Positions 1 to 9,273 of a stretch of DNA of 64,000 nt are shown piece after piece; position 1 is the first letter of the stretch, and every line of letters starts with the position of its first letter. The DNA comes from Dehalococcoidia bacterium (GTDB lineage: Bacteria; Chloroflexota; Dehalococcoidia; UBA2979), in assembly GCA_965262725.1 (NCBI GenBank), contig OZ253555.1, forward strand, positions 3,424,001 to 3,488,000. Reading direction: 5' to 3'. The position numbers were made by a program, and so were the translations under genes. The notes under the pieces are model-generated. The model had not been told where the DNA came from. It saw only the letters and a list, made by a program, of their open reading frames with translations, and ran no database searches.

Positions 1-201
1 CCGCATGTCCGCGAAGCCGACACGCATCTCACGCCGGCCAGGACCATCCTCTCCGGCGGCGTCGACCTCGGAACACCGCCGCGATCACGACTCTAGCACG
101 GCGCTCCGGCCGCTCACGATCTCCTTCGCCTCGCGCACCCGACGCCCCGATCCGCTGCCCGGGTGGGGGCGCCCCTTGCGCGTTACGGACATGGGGTGTC
201 T
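1..201 (+). mobile_element. Right (3') non-coding end of an IS110 element, sibling of the element at 51355-56582; the rest lies upstream of the window
   Basis: 1-201 aligns without gaps to 56382-56582 with 6 substitutions and ends in the same GGACATGGGGTGT-CT terminus. Confidence 0.9.
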
Positions 202-400
202 TCCTCGCCCAGGCGCTCGGCTACTCAGCCGTCCGCTCCGGACGCACCGTCCGCTTCGCCCCGGCCGACCACTACTTCCGCGAGATGGCGCAGGCCCGCG
301 TCGACCACTCGGCCGAGAAGGTCTTCCGAAGCTTCCTCGCCCCCGACCTGCTCATCCTCGACGACCTCGGGCTCCACCGGCTCAGCGCGCAGCAGTCGAG
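201..400 (+). pseudogene. istB: IS21 helper ATPase (IstB) internal fragment
   Basis: Reading frame from 201 gives FLAQALGYSAVRSGRTVRF...PDLLILDDLGLHRLSAQQS: the segment just after Walker A plus Walker B; cut on both sides by other IS sequence. Confidence 0.8.
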
Positions 401-401
401 C

Positions 402-836
402 GTGTCTCCCGCGCCGCCGGTAGATTCCATGCAGTCCTGCGCTCCGCATTAGCCGTGCCACCCGCTTGCGACCGCAACGGACGCCCTGCCCGAGCCGCAG
501 TTCGGCGTGCACCCACGGCGCTCCGTAGCTGCCTCGCGACATGGCGTGGATCTCCACGATCTGCTCGCTCAGCGCCTGGTCGGCGACGGCGCGGGCCGAG
601 GGCGCCCGCTCTTCCCACTCGTAGTAGCCCGCTGTCGAGACCGCGAGTACCCGGCAGGCCACCGCCACGACGACCCCGTCGGCGGCAAGCTCACGGACCA
701 GCCGGTATCTCATTTTGGGAGCACGTTCTCGCGCGCGAAGAGGGCGGCGGCGCGCTTCAGAATCTCGTTCTCCATCTCCAGGGTGCGGTTGGCCCGGCGC
801 AGCCGCACCAGCTCCGCCCGCTCGTCGCTCGTCATC
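402..836 (-). pseudogene. IS3-family transposase remnant (orfA C-terminus and orfB N-terminus)
   Basis: orfA end ERAELVRLRRANRTLEMENEILKRAAALFARE; orfB start ACRVLAVSTAGYYEW...SRGSYGAP...RKRVARLMR; truncated before the DDE domain. Confidence 0.85.
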
Positions 837-899
837 TCCCGGTCCACGGTTTTCTTGGACACCTGATTGGGGCAGGCTGCCCCGGCAGAGGAGGTGTCC

Positions 900-1250
900 A
901 TGACCAGCTCCGCACAGGGATTGAACGAGCGTAGTGCGTCGCGAACGGAGCGCGGTCGCTTCTCCTCGCGACGGAAGAGCGAGGCGGTGCTGAGGCTGCT
1001 GCGCGGCGAGGAGTTGGACGCGCTCTCGCGCGAGCTGGGGGTGACCGCAGCGACGCTGTCGCAGTGGCGCGAGCGCTTACTCGCCGCCGGCCGGGCCTCG
1101 CTCACGAGCCGGCCTGCCGACGAGCGTGACGAGGAGATCCACCGACTGCAGGCGAAAGTCGGCGAGATCACGATGGCGAACGAGCTCCTGCTCCAGCGCG
1201 CGCATCAGCTGGAGGCAGGACTCCCTTTGGCACGCCGGAGGTCGAGGTGA
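900..1250 (+). CDS. IS3-family orfA, HTH protein
   Basis: GAGGAGG RBS; RFSSRRKSEAVLRLLRGEELDALSRELGVTAATLSQW HTH followed by a coiled coil. Confidence 0.85.
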   Translation: MTSSAQGLNERSASRTERGRFSSRRKSEAVLRLLRGEELDALSRELGVTAATLSQWRERLLAAGRASLTSRPADERDEEIHRLQAKVGEITMANELLLQRAHQLEAGLPLARRRSR

Positions 1251-2149
1251 TGAGTCGAACCACCTCGCCCTCCACGGGACGGCCGTACGGCACGACGCGC
1301 ATCTGCCAGCTGTGGGAGGTCCCGCGCTCGACCGTCTACGAGCGGCGGGCACGGGCGCGACGGCCTCTGCGGCCAGCAGCGAAGCGCGGGCCGAGGCAGG
1401 CGTGGACGGACGAGGCTCTCACGGAGCAGGTCCGAGCTGTGCTCGCCGCCTCCCCGTTCACGGGCGAGGGCTACCGCAAGGTGTGGGCGCGGCTGCGGCT
1501 GGCCGGTGTGCGCACCTCGAAGGGCCGGGTGCTGCGGCTGATGCGGGAGGCGGGACTGCTCGCCCCGACCCGCGTCGGGCGTCGGCGCGGACCGCGGGTG
1601 CACGACGGGACGATCACCACCGAGCGGCCTGACGAGATGTGGGGGACCGACGCGACCTCCTGCCTCACCACCCGCGAGGGGAACGCCACCGTCTTCATCG
1701 CCGTCGATCACTGCACGCAGGAGTGCATCGGCATCCACGCGGCGCGACCGGGCACGCGCTTCGAGGCGCTGGAGCCGCTGCGGCAGGGGCTCCGGGAGCA
1801 CTTCGACGGCTACGAGGCGGACCTCGCGCGGGGACTCGCTCTCCGCCACGACCACGGCAGCCAGTACCTGAGCGACCACTTTCAGGAGGAGCTGCGCTTC
1901 CTCGGCATCCGCTCCAGCCCGTCCTTCGTAGCCGCGCCCGAGGGCAACGGCTGCGCGGAACGCTTCATCCGCACGCTGAAGGAGCAGCTGCTGTGGGTGG
2001 AGCACTTCGAGACGGTGGAGGAGCTACGCCAGGCGCTGCTCGCCTTCAAGCAGCGCTACAACCAGCACTGGCTCGTCGAACGGCACGGCCACCGCACCCC
2101 AGCCGCCGTCCGCGAGGCGCTCTCGCCGCGCACCGGGGCGGCCGCATGA
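1247..2149 (+). CDS. IS3-family orfB, DDE transposase
   Basis: Overlaps the orfA stop; WGTD / RHDHGSQY / NGCAERFIRTLKE integrase-core motifs. Confidence 0.9.
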   Translation: MMSRTTSPSTGRPYGTTRICQLWEVPRSTVYERRARARRPLRPAAKRGPRQAWTDEALTEQVRAVLAASPFTGEGYRKVWARLRLAGVRTSKGRVLRLMREAGLLAPTRVGRRRGPRVHDGTITTERPDEMWGTDATSCLTTREGNATVFIAVDHCTQECIGIHAARPGTRFEALEPLRQGLREHFDGYEADLARGLALRHDHGSQYLSDHFQEELRFLGIRSSPSFVAAPEGNGCAERFIRTLKEQLLWVEHFETVEELRQALLAFKQRYNQHWLVERHGHRTPAAVREALSPRTGAAA

Positions 2150-2189
2150 TTACCGCCAGCGATGTGTCCAAGAAACCAGGAGCGGTGCA

Positions 2190-2304
2190 AGGGCAGCGTC
2201 GGGAGGGCCGGGAGAGCGCGCTCCTCGTCTTGCCCACATGCCGCCGCGATGAGGGCGAGAGCAGCCGCCGAGACGAGCACCTGAAGGAGGCGATGCACAG
2301 TCAT
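2190..2304 (-). pseudogene. Lipoprotein gene 5' end, truncated by the IS
   Basis: MTVHRLLQVLVSAAALALIAAAC-G signal peptide with lipobox, then runs into the IS right end. Confidence 0.55.
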
Positions 2305-2626
2305 CGCTCGATGCTAGCGGAACTCCGCCGGCAACCCGCCTAGCGGCGACAGACCGCACAGATTCACAGCGCGAGCGAATCACTCGCCCAGAGTCGAGCA
2401 AAGCTCCGGTCAGCGCGGGGACGTGCGCCGGCCTGCCGGTGCGGGAGTGGGCGCTGGCGCGTCCTTTTCCCCGATCGAAACGCGCGCGGGGTCGAGGACT
2501 GTTACTTCACACGCGGGCGAATCTCGTCGGCTTCCAACGCGCGGAAGAAGAACCGCATCCACGCCTCCCGGCGGCGCCGATGGGAGCGCGGCTCGGTCGG
2601 CCGCTGGAGTCGTTGGGCGTCACGCC

Positions 2627-2648
2627 CGGCGGCAATTCGGCGGCAATT
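2627..2648. repeat. Tandem 11-bp direct repeat CGGCGGCAATT x2 (possible integrase arm-type sites)
   Basis: Exact tandem copy about 57 bp beyond the tRNA-Ser 3' end. Confidence 0.5.
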
Positions 2649-2704
2649 GCGCGCGCCCTAAGCAATTGCGCAGCGCCTAACCGGCCTCTCTTAGATACGA
2701 AATG

Positions 2705-2792
2705 TGGCGGAGGGGGTGGGATTCGAACCCACGGTGGCGTGAGCCACGGCGGTTTTCAAGACCGCTCCCTTAAACCACTCGGGCACCCCTCC
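2705..2792 (-). tRNA. tRNA-Ser(TGA)
   Basis: GGAGGGG acceptor stem, anticodon arm GCGGT-CT-TGA-AA-ACCGC, long variable arm, GTTCGAATC T-loop, encoded CCA. Confidence 0.97.
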
Positions 2793-2799
2793 GCGTGTC

Positions 2800-2827
2800 A
2801 TTCTAGGTTCAGAGTCGGCAGTGTCAC
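2800..2827 (-). promoter_or_regulatory. Sigma70-type promoter of tRNA-Ser
   Basis: GTGACA-N16-TAGAAT, ending 7 bp before the mature 5' end. Confidence 0.6.
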
Positions 2828-2853
2828 TCCACCGGGAAGCCACACGCGCCGGC

Positions 2854-2876
2854 TCTGACAGCCAATCTGACAGCCA
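2854..2876. repeat. Direct repeat TCTGACAGCCA x2 (integrase arm-type site candidate)
   Basis: 11-bp copies with 12-bp period directly after the integrase-fragment stop codon. Confidence 0.6.
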
Positions 2877-2881
2877 CGGGA

Positions 2882-3025
2882 TCAGGAAGCGCCCCAGTAG
2901 CTCATCGATTCGCTCGTCGCGTCGCGAGTCGCAGTGAGCGTGACATGGCCGTATACGTCTGCGGTCACCGCGACCGTGCTATGACCCAGTACCTCCTGCA
3001 CCACCTTGAGAGGAACGCCCCTGTC
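2882..3025 (-). pseudogene. Tyrosine recombinase/integrase C-terminal relic
   Basis: GVPLKVVQEVLGHSTVAVTADVYGHV = box II LGH plus catalytic Tyr; no upstream integrase sequence recognisable. Confidence 0.8.
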
Positions 3026-3472
3026 GCACCGGACGTCGTTTTCCGTCCCACCGCGTCGCGACCCCGCCGCGACGTCGACACTCTCGTCGCAAGACTTATG
3101 CGCGGCGTATCGGGTGCACGTGCTCGGGCGGGAAAAGGGCGAGTGTCGATGAACGAGACTCCGGAGGGAACCCGGCGGCGCCCCGTCCACCTCTCCCATC
3201 CTGGGCTCTACCCCGCGGCGTCAGGGGGGGCGAGCTCACCGAGCCACGCCCGCCGAACGAGTTCGCCGCCGCGCTCGATGTAGGCCCACTTCTCGATGTC
3301 TTCGTCCTCGATGACCGTGGTGAGCACCCCTGCGACCCTCGCCGCGATATCGAGCTTGAAGCGCTCGTTGGCTGCTCTCCGCCGGTTCTCCGGGGGTCGC
3401 GGGCGTCTGAAAAGAGGGGCGCGGGAGCGCTGTGCGTGCCAGAGGGGGGCGGGCTCGGACGCCCGTTGGCCG

Positions 3473-3688
3473 CTACCCACGCTCTCGCTTGAGCAGTGCC
3501 TTTAGGGTCTCGTCGATCCGACGCTGCCGCGTCTCGAAACGCTTCGCCTCCTCGATCGCTCGCACGTACTCGCGCTGATGGCTATGGCTGAGCGCGCGCC
3601 ACGTCGTCAACCCTCGCGTATCATCCGGGAGTCGCGGAATCGTGCGGAGCGGTCCCGCCTGCGTCCCGGCTCTGGAGGGCGGCGTCAT
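3473..3688 (-). CDS. YdeI/OmpD-associated-domain small protein (possibly a fragment)
   Basis: WRALSHSHQREYVRAIEEAKRFETRQRRI motif; GGAGG RBS. Confidence 0.6.
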   Translation of the reverse strand: MTPPSRAGTQAGPLRTIPRLPDDTRGLTTWRALSHSHQREYVRAIEEAKRFETRQRRIDETLKALLKRERG

Positions 3689-3759
3689 GACCACGACCAC
3701 CCCCCCTCCTCCACGTTGGTTCGGCCGAGAAGTTGAAGCTTGAGCAGCCGAGGGTCGTG

Positions 3760-5055
3760 TCAGTGGCCGGGCGGCGGCGCAGGGGCAAGCGAGCGCCGAG
3801 CAGGCGCGCGCGCCAGCATTACGAGACCGGCTGCCGCCGCGCTCGCCATAGCCACCGCCAGCAAGATACCGTCGTAGCTCCCCGCGACGTCGTAGTAAGC
3901 CGTGAAGACGACAGGGCCTGAGGCGCCAAAGAGGAGTCGCGCGGGCATCACCGCGCTTCGCACCGCTCCCAGGTGGCGACGCCCGAAGAAGGTCGCCCAC
4001 ATCAGCTCCTGCAGCGGCACGTAGCCCGCCATCCCGACGCCCGCGGTCAGGAACCCGGTGACCGCGAGCGTCGTGCTGCCGGAGCGGGCCGCGCCGAGGA
4101 CGGTCAGCTCTCCGACGGCGATCGCCAAGAATGCGACCAGCGCGACGCGGCGCGGTTCGATCCGCTCCGCGGCGAGTCCCCAGAAGGGGCGCGTCAGTAG
4201 ACCCGGCAACGCGAGCAGCGATAGGAGTGCTGCACTCTCGGCGCGCGAGAATCCGGCGTCCGTCATCAACGGGATCGCCTGCGTCGCGAGGGCGATGAGC
4301 CCGAAGCCCACCAGCCCGAATGCCGCTACGAGGAGCCACGTGACGGGGGTCCGTAACGCCTCGCCGCGCGTCAATGACGTCTCGTAGTCCCATCGCTCGG
4401 CGTCGGCTTCTGCCGCCGCCGTTTCGCCGCACCGCCCGTCTGGGCGCAGCCCATAGTCTTCCGGCTGCCGCCGCATCAGCAGCGCCGCGGGAAGCACGAG
4501 GAGCAACGCGAGTATGGCCAGTGCCCGCCAGCCGGCTCGCCAGCCGAACTCGTCGACAATGGGCGTCAGCACGTTTGGGAAGACCACCCCCGCGAGCGAG
4601 AGCCCCACGGCTGCTATCCCGATGGCCCGTCCGCGGTGGCTGACGAACCACTTCGACACGACGACGTGCACGACCAGGGGACCCGCCATGCCGAGACCGA
4701 TCGGCTGAAGGAAGCCGCGGATGAGGATCCACTGCCACAGCTCGCGGACCTCGGCCGTCAGCAAGAGGGAGACGACCACGATGACCGTCCCCGTCAGCAT
4801 GAGAGAGCGCCCCCCGTGGCGGTCGATGACGCTACCGATCGCGACGCCGGTCGCCCCGGCAACGAACTGGCCGGTCGTGAACGCAGCGATGAACTCCGTG
4901 CGCGACCAGCCGAGCTCCTCGCTCATCGGCTCGAGGAAGACGCCGGGGATATAGCCGATGAGTCCGGCGCCCATCACGAAGTTCGCGACGAAAGCGCCCG
5001 CGACGATGTACCACCCGTAGTAAATTCGCGCGCCGCCCGCCGAGCTGGCCGTCAA
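3760..5055 (-). CDS. MFS transporter
   Basis: YYGWYIV start, motif A (GSVIDRHGGR), 12 hydrophobic segments; start codon uncertain; paralogue of 62396-63748. Confidence 0.88.
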   Translation of the reverse strand: MTASSAGGARIYYGWYIVAGAFVANFVMGAGLIGYIPGVFLEPMSEELGWSRTEFIAAFTTGQFVAGATGVAIGSVIDRHGGRSLMLTGTVIVVVSLLLTAEVRELWQWILIRGFLQPIGLGMAGPLVVHVVVSKWFVSHRGRAIGIAAVGLSLAGVVFPNVLTPIVDEFGWRAGWRALAILALLLVLPAALLMRRQPEDYGLRPDGRCGETAAAEADAERWDYETSLTRGEALRTPVTWLLVAAFGLVGFGLIALATQAIPLMTDAGFSRAESAALLSLLALPGLLTRPFWGLAAERIEPRRVALVAFLAIAVGELTVLGAARSGSTTLAVTGFLTAGVGMAGYVPLQELMWATFFGRRHLGAVRSAVMPARLLFGASGPVVFTAYYDVAGSYDGILLAVAMASAAAAGLVMLARAPARRSLAPAPPPGH

Positions 5056-5240
5056 CCGCGCATCCCCCCACAGCCAACAGCGCTGCCTGCACTGCTCGGC
5101 GTGCCGCTCGCCTCCACAGCACATACCGTCTCTACCGCACCGAAGCTACCTCTGTGGCGAGGCCCCAGCCCCCCGGAACTCGCGACGGCCATCGTAAGAT
5201 GCGCCCTGGATTCTCAAGGCGCCTGCCCAAGGGGGATGTC

Positions 5241-5645
5241 ATGGTCCAGACTGCCGCGACACTCAGGCGGGGCTTCGTGCTGAGCCCGCACGGCAACATC
5301 GAGTACTTCGAGGTGGGCAGCGGTGAGCCGTTGATCATGCTTCACCCGACGCCCAGCTCGTCCATGGCGTTCCGGGAGGTGGCGCCGCCGCTCGCCGAGG
5401 ACGCACGTGTGATCGCGATGTCGACGATGGGCTTCGGGCACTCGGACCGCCCGCCGGACCCGTACACGACCCTCCACCAGTTCGCGCAGGCGGTCGTGTG
5501 GCTGATGGACGGCCTCGGTCTGGGGCGCGCGCACCCGAAGTTCCTCTCGACGATCCGCCGCTCGCGGGGCGTGCGCCTCCCCAACCGCGAGCCCGAACTG
5601 TGGGCGTCGGAGATCCGCGCGTTCCTGCGCGAGCCGGGCGTCTGA
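5241..5645 (+). pseudogene. Alpha/beta hydrolase with in-frame internal deletion
   Basis: N- and C-termini align to 28604-29425, but about 140 central residues are missing (DGLGL joined to GRAH). Confidence 0.8.
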
Positions 5646-5708
5646 TTCGACCCGCACGCTCATCTGCGATCCAGAGCTGATCGCCGAGGAGCTCGAGATG
5701 GAGGCGGC

Positions 5709-6800
5709 ATGGTCAGCGCGGACTGGGTGCATTCTTGGGATCCTGTGATCGCGGCGATCGGCCGCGACTTCTCCGGAGAGACCACGTCGGTCGCGGCCGA
5801 CGCTGTGGAGGCGGGGGCCGTTCGGCGCTTCTGTGAGGTGCTCGAGCTCGGGTGCCCGCTCCATCACGACCCCGAGGTTGCGCGTCGATTCGGATTCCGC
5901 GACATCGTCGCACCGCAGAGCGTTACATCGACCTGGGCACGGCGCGCTTCCTGGCGCCCTGGCGACCCAACTCGCTACCCCACCGCGGACGCGGACGTCT
6001 GGATCGCCGGCGAGATGCCGTCAGATCAGCTGCCGCTGTTGCCACAACCACCCGGAGCGCGCTCGTTCGTGACGGGCATCGAGATCGAATACTTCGAGCC
6101 GATCTGCGTCGGGGACCGGCTCGCCTCGAGCGGACGCCGGCTGGTGTCGGTGACGCCGAAGGAGACGAGTGTCGGCCGCGGCGCGTTCGTGACCTTTCAG
6201 AGCGAAGTTCGCAATCAGGCCGGCGCGCTCGTCGCGAAGATCAACAACGGTAGCTTCCACCACAGCCCGCGTCCGGGCGGCGACGTCGCGGCGATGGCAC
6301 CGGCCGCCGAGAAGCCGGCCGCGCAGCGGGTCGATGCGAACGTGGAGGCCGTCCCGGTTGACTGGACCTACCAGCGCTACTTCGAGGAGATCTCGGAGGG
6401 CGACCACGTCCCGCCGGTCGCACTCAACCTCACGACAGCCCGTCTCGTGGTCGAGGCAGGCGCCAACCTCGACTTCAGCCCGCTGCACCACAACTCGGCG
6501 GTCGCCCGTGCATGGGGTGCGCCGGCGATGTTCGCGAACAGCGTCTTCATCCAGGGCTGGTGGGAGCGAACCGTGCGCGAGTACATCGGGCTCGCTGGCC
6601 GCATCCACAAGCTCGGCCCGCTGCGCATGCGCGTCTTCAACACCGTCGGGGAGACGGTCGTGACCAGAGGCCTTGTGAAGCGCGCCTGGCATGAGCGCGG
6701 GGCGGGGTACCTCGAGCTAGAGATGCGCTCCGAAACCTCCCTCGGCGTCACGGTCGGTCCTGGCCCTGTGATCGTCTCGCTCCCGACGCGCTCGGGCTGA
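5709..6800 (+). CDS. Double hot-dog (MaoC/FAS1-like) acyl-CoA dehydratase
   Basis: VEAGAVRRFCE...CPLHHD; IEYFEPICVGD; GANLDFSPLHHN hydratase-2-like motif. Confidence 0.82.
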   Translation: MVSADWVHSWDPVIAAIGRDFSGETTSVAADAVEAGAVRRFCEVLELGCPLHHDPEVARRFGFRDIVAPQSVTSTWARRASWRPGDPTRYPTADADVWIAGEMPSDQLPLLPQPPGARSFVTGIEIEYFEPICVGDRLASSGRRLVSVTPKETSVGRGAFVTFQSEVRNQAGALVAKINNGSFHHSPRPGGDVAAMAPAAEKPAAQRVDANVEAVPVDWTYQRYFEEISEGDHVPPVALNLTTARLVVEAGANLDFSPLHHNSAVARAWGAPAMFANSVFIQGWWERTVREYIGLAGRIHKLGPLRMRVFNTVGETVVTRGLVKRAWHERGAGYLELEMRSETSLGVTVGPGPVIVSLPTRSG

Positions 6801-6849
6801 GGCGGCGTGGTGAGATGAGGGAGGCGCCACGAAGCGAGCCCGTTCTCGG

Positions 6850-8070
6850 CTAGCCCCTGGGCAGCCCGAGCCCGCGCGTCGCTATGATGTTGCGCTGGAT
6901 CTCGGAGGATCCACCTCCGATGGTGAACGGGATCAGCGCAACATAGCTGTGCGCGAACGTTCCCTCCAGCGGCGCGCGGGGCTCACCGTCCCAAAGGTTG
7001 CCGTAGAGCCCCAAGACCTTGGTGCCCAGCAACGCGATCCGCTGTGAGAGCTCGGACCCGAAGAGCGACGAGACCGAAGCCTCGTAGTTAGGCACCTGAC
7101 CAGCCGCCTGGATCGTGATGATGCGCAGCGAGAAGTTCATCAGCACGCCGGCCTCGACGTAGCTCTGGGCCATTTGCTGACGCAGGGCGTCGAGCCGTGT
7201 CAGGCGCGAGCGCGCCGCTCCGGCCGGCGTCCCGACGTAGGTCATCAGCTTCTGCAGGATTCGCTCTGCGCTGACTGCCCCCGAGATGTTCGAGCGTTCG
7301 TTGTCGAGGAGCGTCATCGCGACGTACCAGCCGCGGTTCTCCTCGCCCACGATCTGGTCTGCCGGGATGCGCACGTCCTCGAAGAAGTCCTCGTTGATCT
7401 CGTGGCCCCACGCCGCATCGATGATCGGGCGTACCTCGATCCCTGGCGACCTGAGGTCCGCGAGCAGAAACGAGATGCCACGGTGCTTCGGCGCCTCCGG
7501 GTCCGTGCGGGTGAGCAACAGGATCCAGTCCGCGTAGTGCGCGTGGGTGGTCCAGATCTTCTGGCCGTTGATCACGTACTCGTCGCCGTCGCGCACAGCG
7601 CGCGTCCGCAATGACGCGAGGTCGGAGCCCGCTCCAGGCTCGGAGAAGCCCTGGCACCACACCACGTCTCCCTTGAGGATCGGCGGGAGGAAGCGGCGCT
7701 TCTGCTCCTCTGTCCCGTGCACGAGCAGGGCCGGTCCGAGCATCCCGATGCCGACGTTGCTCCCCACCCCGGGCGCGTTCGCGCGGGCGAGCTCCTCGTT
7801 CAGGATGTACTGCTCCATCGGGGCCAGGCCGCCGCCGCCGTAAGCCGTGGGCCAGTGTGGAGCCACCCAACGCTTCGACGCGAACGATTCGAACCACTCG
7901 CGAGCCGCCTCCCGCGCGCCCCTCTCGTCCGAGAGACGGTCGAGCGCCCACTGTGTGTAGGCCCGGTACTCATGCTGCGAAAGCTCGCGGTAGCGCTCAG
8001 GCATCCTCGCTATGAGCGCGCCCACCTCGTCGCGAAACGTCTCCTGCTCCGCGGTGTCGGTCCACTCCAT
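6850..8070 (-). CDS. Acyl-CoA dehydrogenase
   Basis: WCQGFSEPGAGSDLASL, NGQKIWTT, GGSSEIQRNIIA. Confidence 0.95.
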   Translation of the reverse strand: MEWTDTAEQETFRDEVGALIARMPERYRELSQHEYRAYTQWALDRLSDERGAREAAREWFESFASKRWVAPHWPTAYGGGGLAPMEQYILNEELARANAPGVGSNVGIGMLGPALLVHGTEEQKRRFLPPILKGDVVWCQGFSEPGAGSDLASLRTRAVRDGDEYVINGQKIWTTHAHYADWILLLTRTDPEAPKHRGISFLLADLRSPGIEVRPIIDAAWGHEINEDFFEDVRIPADQIVGEENRGWYVAMTLLDNERSNISGAVSAERILQKLMTYVGTPAGAARSRLTRLDALRQQMAQSYVEAGVLMNFSLRIITIQAAGQVPNYEASVSSLFGSELSQRIALLGTKVLGLYGNLWDGEPRAPLEGTFAHSYVALIPFTIGGGSSEIQRNIIATRGLGLPRG

Positions 8071-8182
8071 CGCCGCCCCCCATCAACATCGCGAATCCTG
8101 AGCCCATCGGGCTTCGGCATGGCGCGCAGGGCCGCGCCGTCACGCAAGCCAGTCACCGTTACCCGGCTCCTGGGAACGGCCG

Positions 8183-9244
8183 CTAGCCGCTCGCCAGCGG
8201 CACGAAAGCATCGATCGCCCGGTAGAGATCCTCTTCGCTCTCGCGGGTTCGCAGCTCCCTCTCGTCGGGCGTCGCGTACGAATCGTGCAACGGGTACAGC
8301 AGCAGCGTATCGGCGCGCCCGTCGAAGCGCTCGCGCGCGATCTCCCGGAGCTCGGCGGGCGTGCCGATCAGGCACACCTCCTCGACCATCGCGTCGGAGA
8401 TGATCGCCTCCATCTCGCGGCCGTCGATCGGCGTGCCCGAATCCTGCGCCCGCTGCCAGACCGCGCGGATGGCGTCCCGCTCACGCGCCCAGCCGTGGAA
8501 CTCCTGGAAGCCGCCGTAGGCGCGCGTCGAGTAGTAGTTGGCGAGGTTCCGCTTTCCGCGGCGGTAGCCCTCTTCGCGGGTCGCGCCCCCATCGACGACC
8601 CACACCATCGGCATCGCGCACAGCTCGAAGTCGGCGCGGCTGCGGCCGCTCCGCGCGAGGCCGCGCTCGACCTCGGGGAGCACGACCGCGTCCATCCAGC
8701 GGGCGCTGAAGATGGGGTGGCCGACCAGACCGTCGCTCACCTCCCCGGCGACGCGCAGGTTCAATCGGTTCACGCCCGAGAAGTAGATGGGGGGCGGTGG
8801 GACTTCGCGATGGCGCGCACGCAGGCCGAAGCCTCCAGGCGGGTCCGCCGCGTAGAACTCTCCCTCGTAGCGGCCCTCCGTCATCAGCGCCCGGATCGCG
8901 CGGATCATGTCGCGGGCGCGGGCGGCGGGGCGGTCGAGGTCGACGCCCGCCATCCGCCGCACCTGGCCCTTCGTCTGCGAGCCGAGGCCGAGCACGAAGC
9001 GGCCGCCCGACATCTCCTGCAGCGCGAGGGCGGTCGAGGCGTGCAGGTACGGGGTGGCGTGGAACGTCGGGATGATGCCGGTACCGACGCGAATGCGCTC
9101 GGTGGCGTCGATGATGCGCATCGCGCCGATGTAGAAGCCGCCGGTCGGGAAGAACGCGGAGTCGAGCCCCGCGGCCTCGGCGGCCCGCGCCAGCGGCACC
9201 ATCTCCGAGGAGCGGGTGCCGACGATCTGAATCCCGATGCGCAC
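8183..9244 (-). CDS. LLM-class (luciferase-like) flavin/F420-dependent oxidoreductase
   Basis: ATERIRVGTGI, SGGRFVLGLGS, VAGEVSDG motifs. Confidence 0.88.
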   Translation of the reverse strand: MRIGIQIVGTRSSEMVPLARAAEAAGLDSAFFPTGGFYIGAMRIIDATERIRVGTGIIPTFHATPYLHASTALALQEMSGGRFVLGLGSQTKGQVRRMAGVDLDRPAARARDMIRAIRALMTEGRYEGEFYAADPPGGFGLRARHREVPPPPIYFSGVNRLNLRVAGEVSDGLVGHPIFSARWMDAVVLPEVERGLARSGRSRADFELCAMPMVWVVDGGATREEGYRRGKRNLANYYSTRAYGGFQEFHGWARERDAIRAVWQRAQDSGTPIDGREMEAIISDAMVEEVCLIGTPAELREIARERFDGRADTLLLYPLHDSYATPDERELRTRESEEDLYRAIDAFVPLASG

Positions 9245-9273
9245 GAGGCCACCGCCTCAGGAGACGCGACGCG

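Larger units (their letters stand above)
838..2189 (+). mobile_element. IS3-family insertion sequence (two ORFs)
   Basis: Inverted repeat cores TTTCTTGGACAC (851-862) and GTGTCCAAGAAA (2164-2175); right end finishes TGCA at 2189; outer bases of the left IR look degenerate; no target duplication seen. Confidence 0.85.

Noticed and set aside
5-934. 309-aa ORF at the window start
   Set aside because: Arg/Pro-rich read-through across four unrelated IS fragments
3208-3480. 90-aa ORF as a real gene
   Set aside because: The C-terminal half looks protein-like, but no start, RBS or family could be supported
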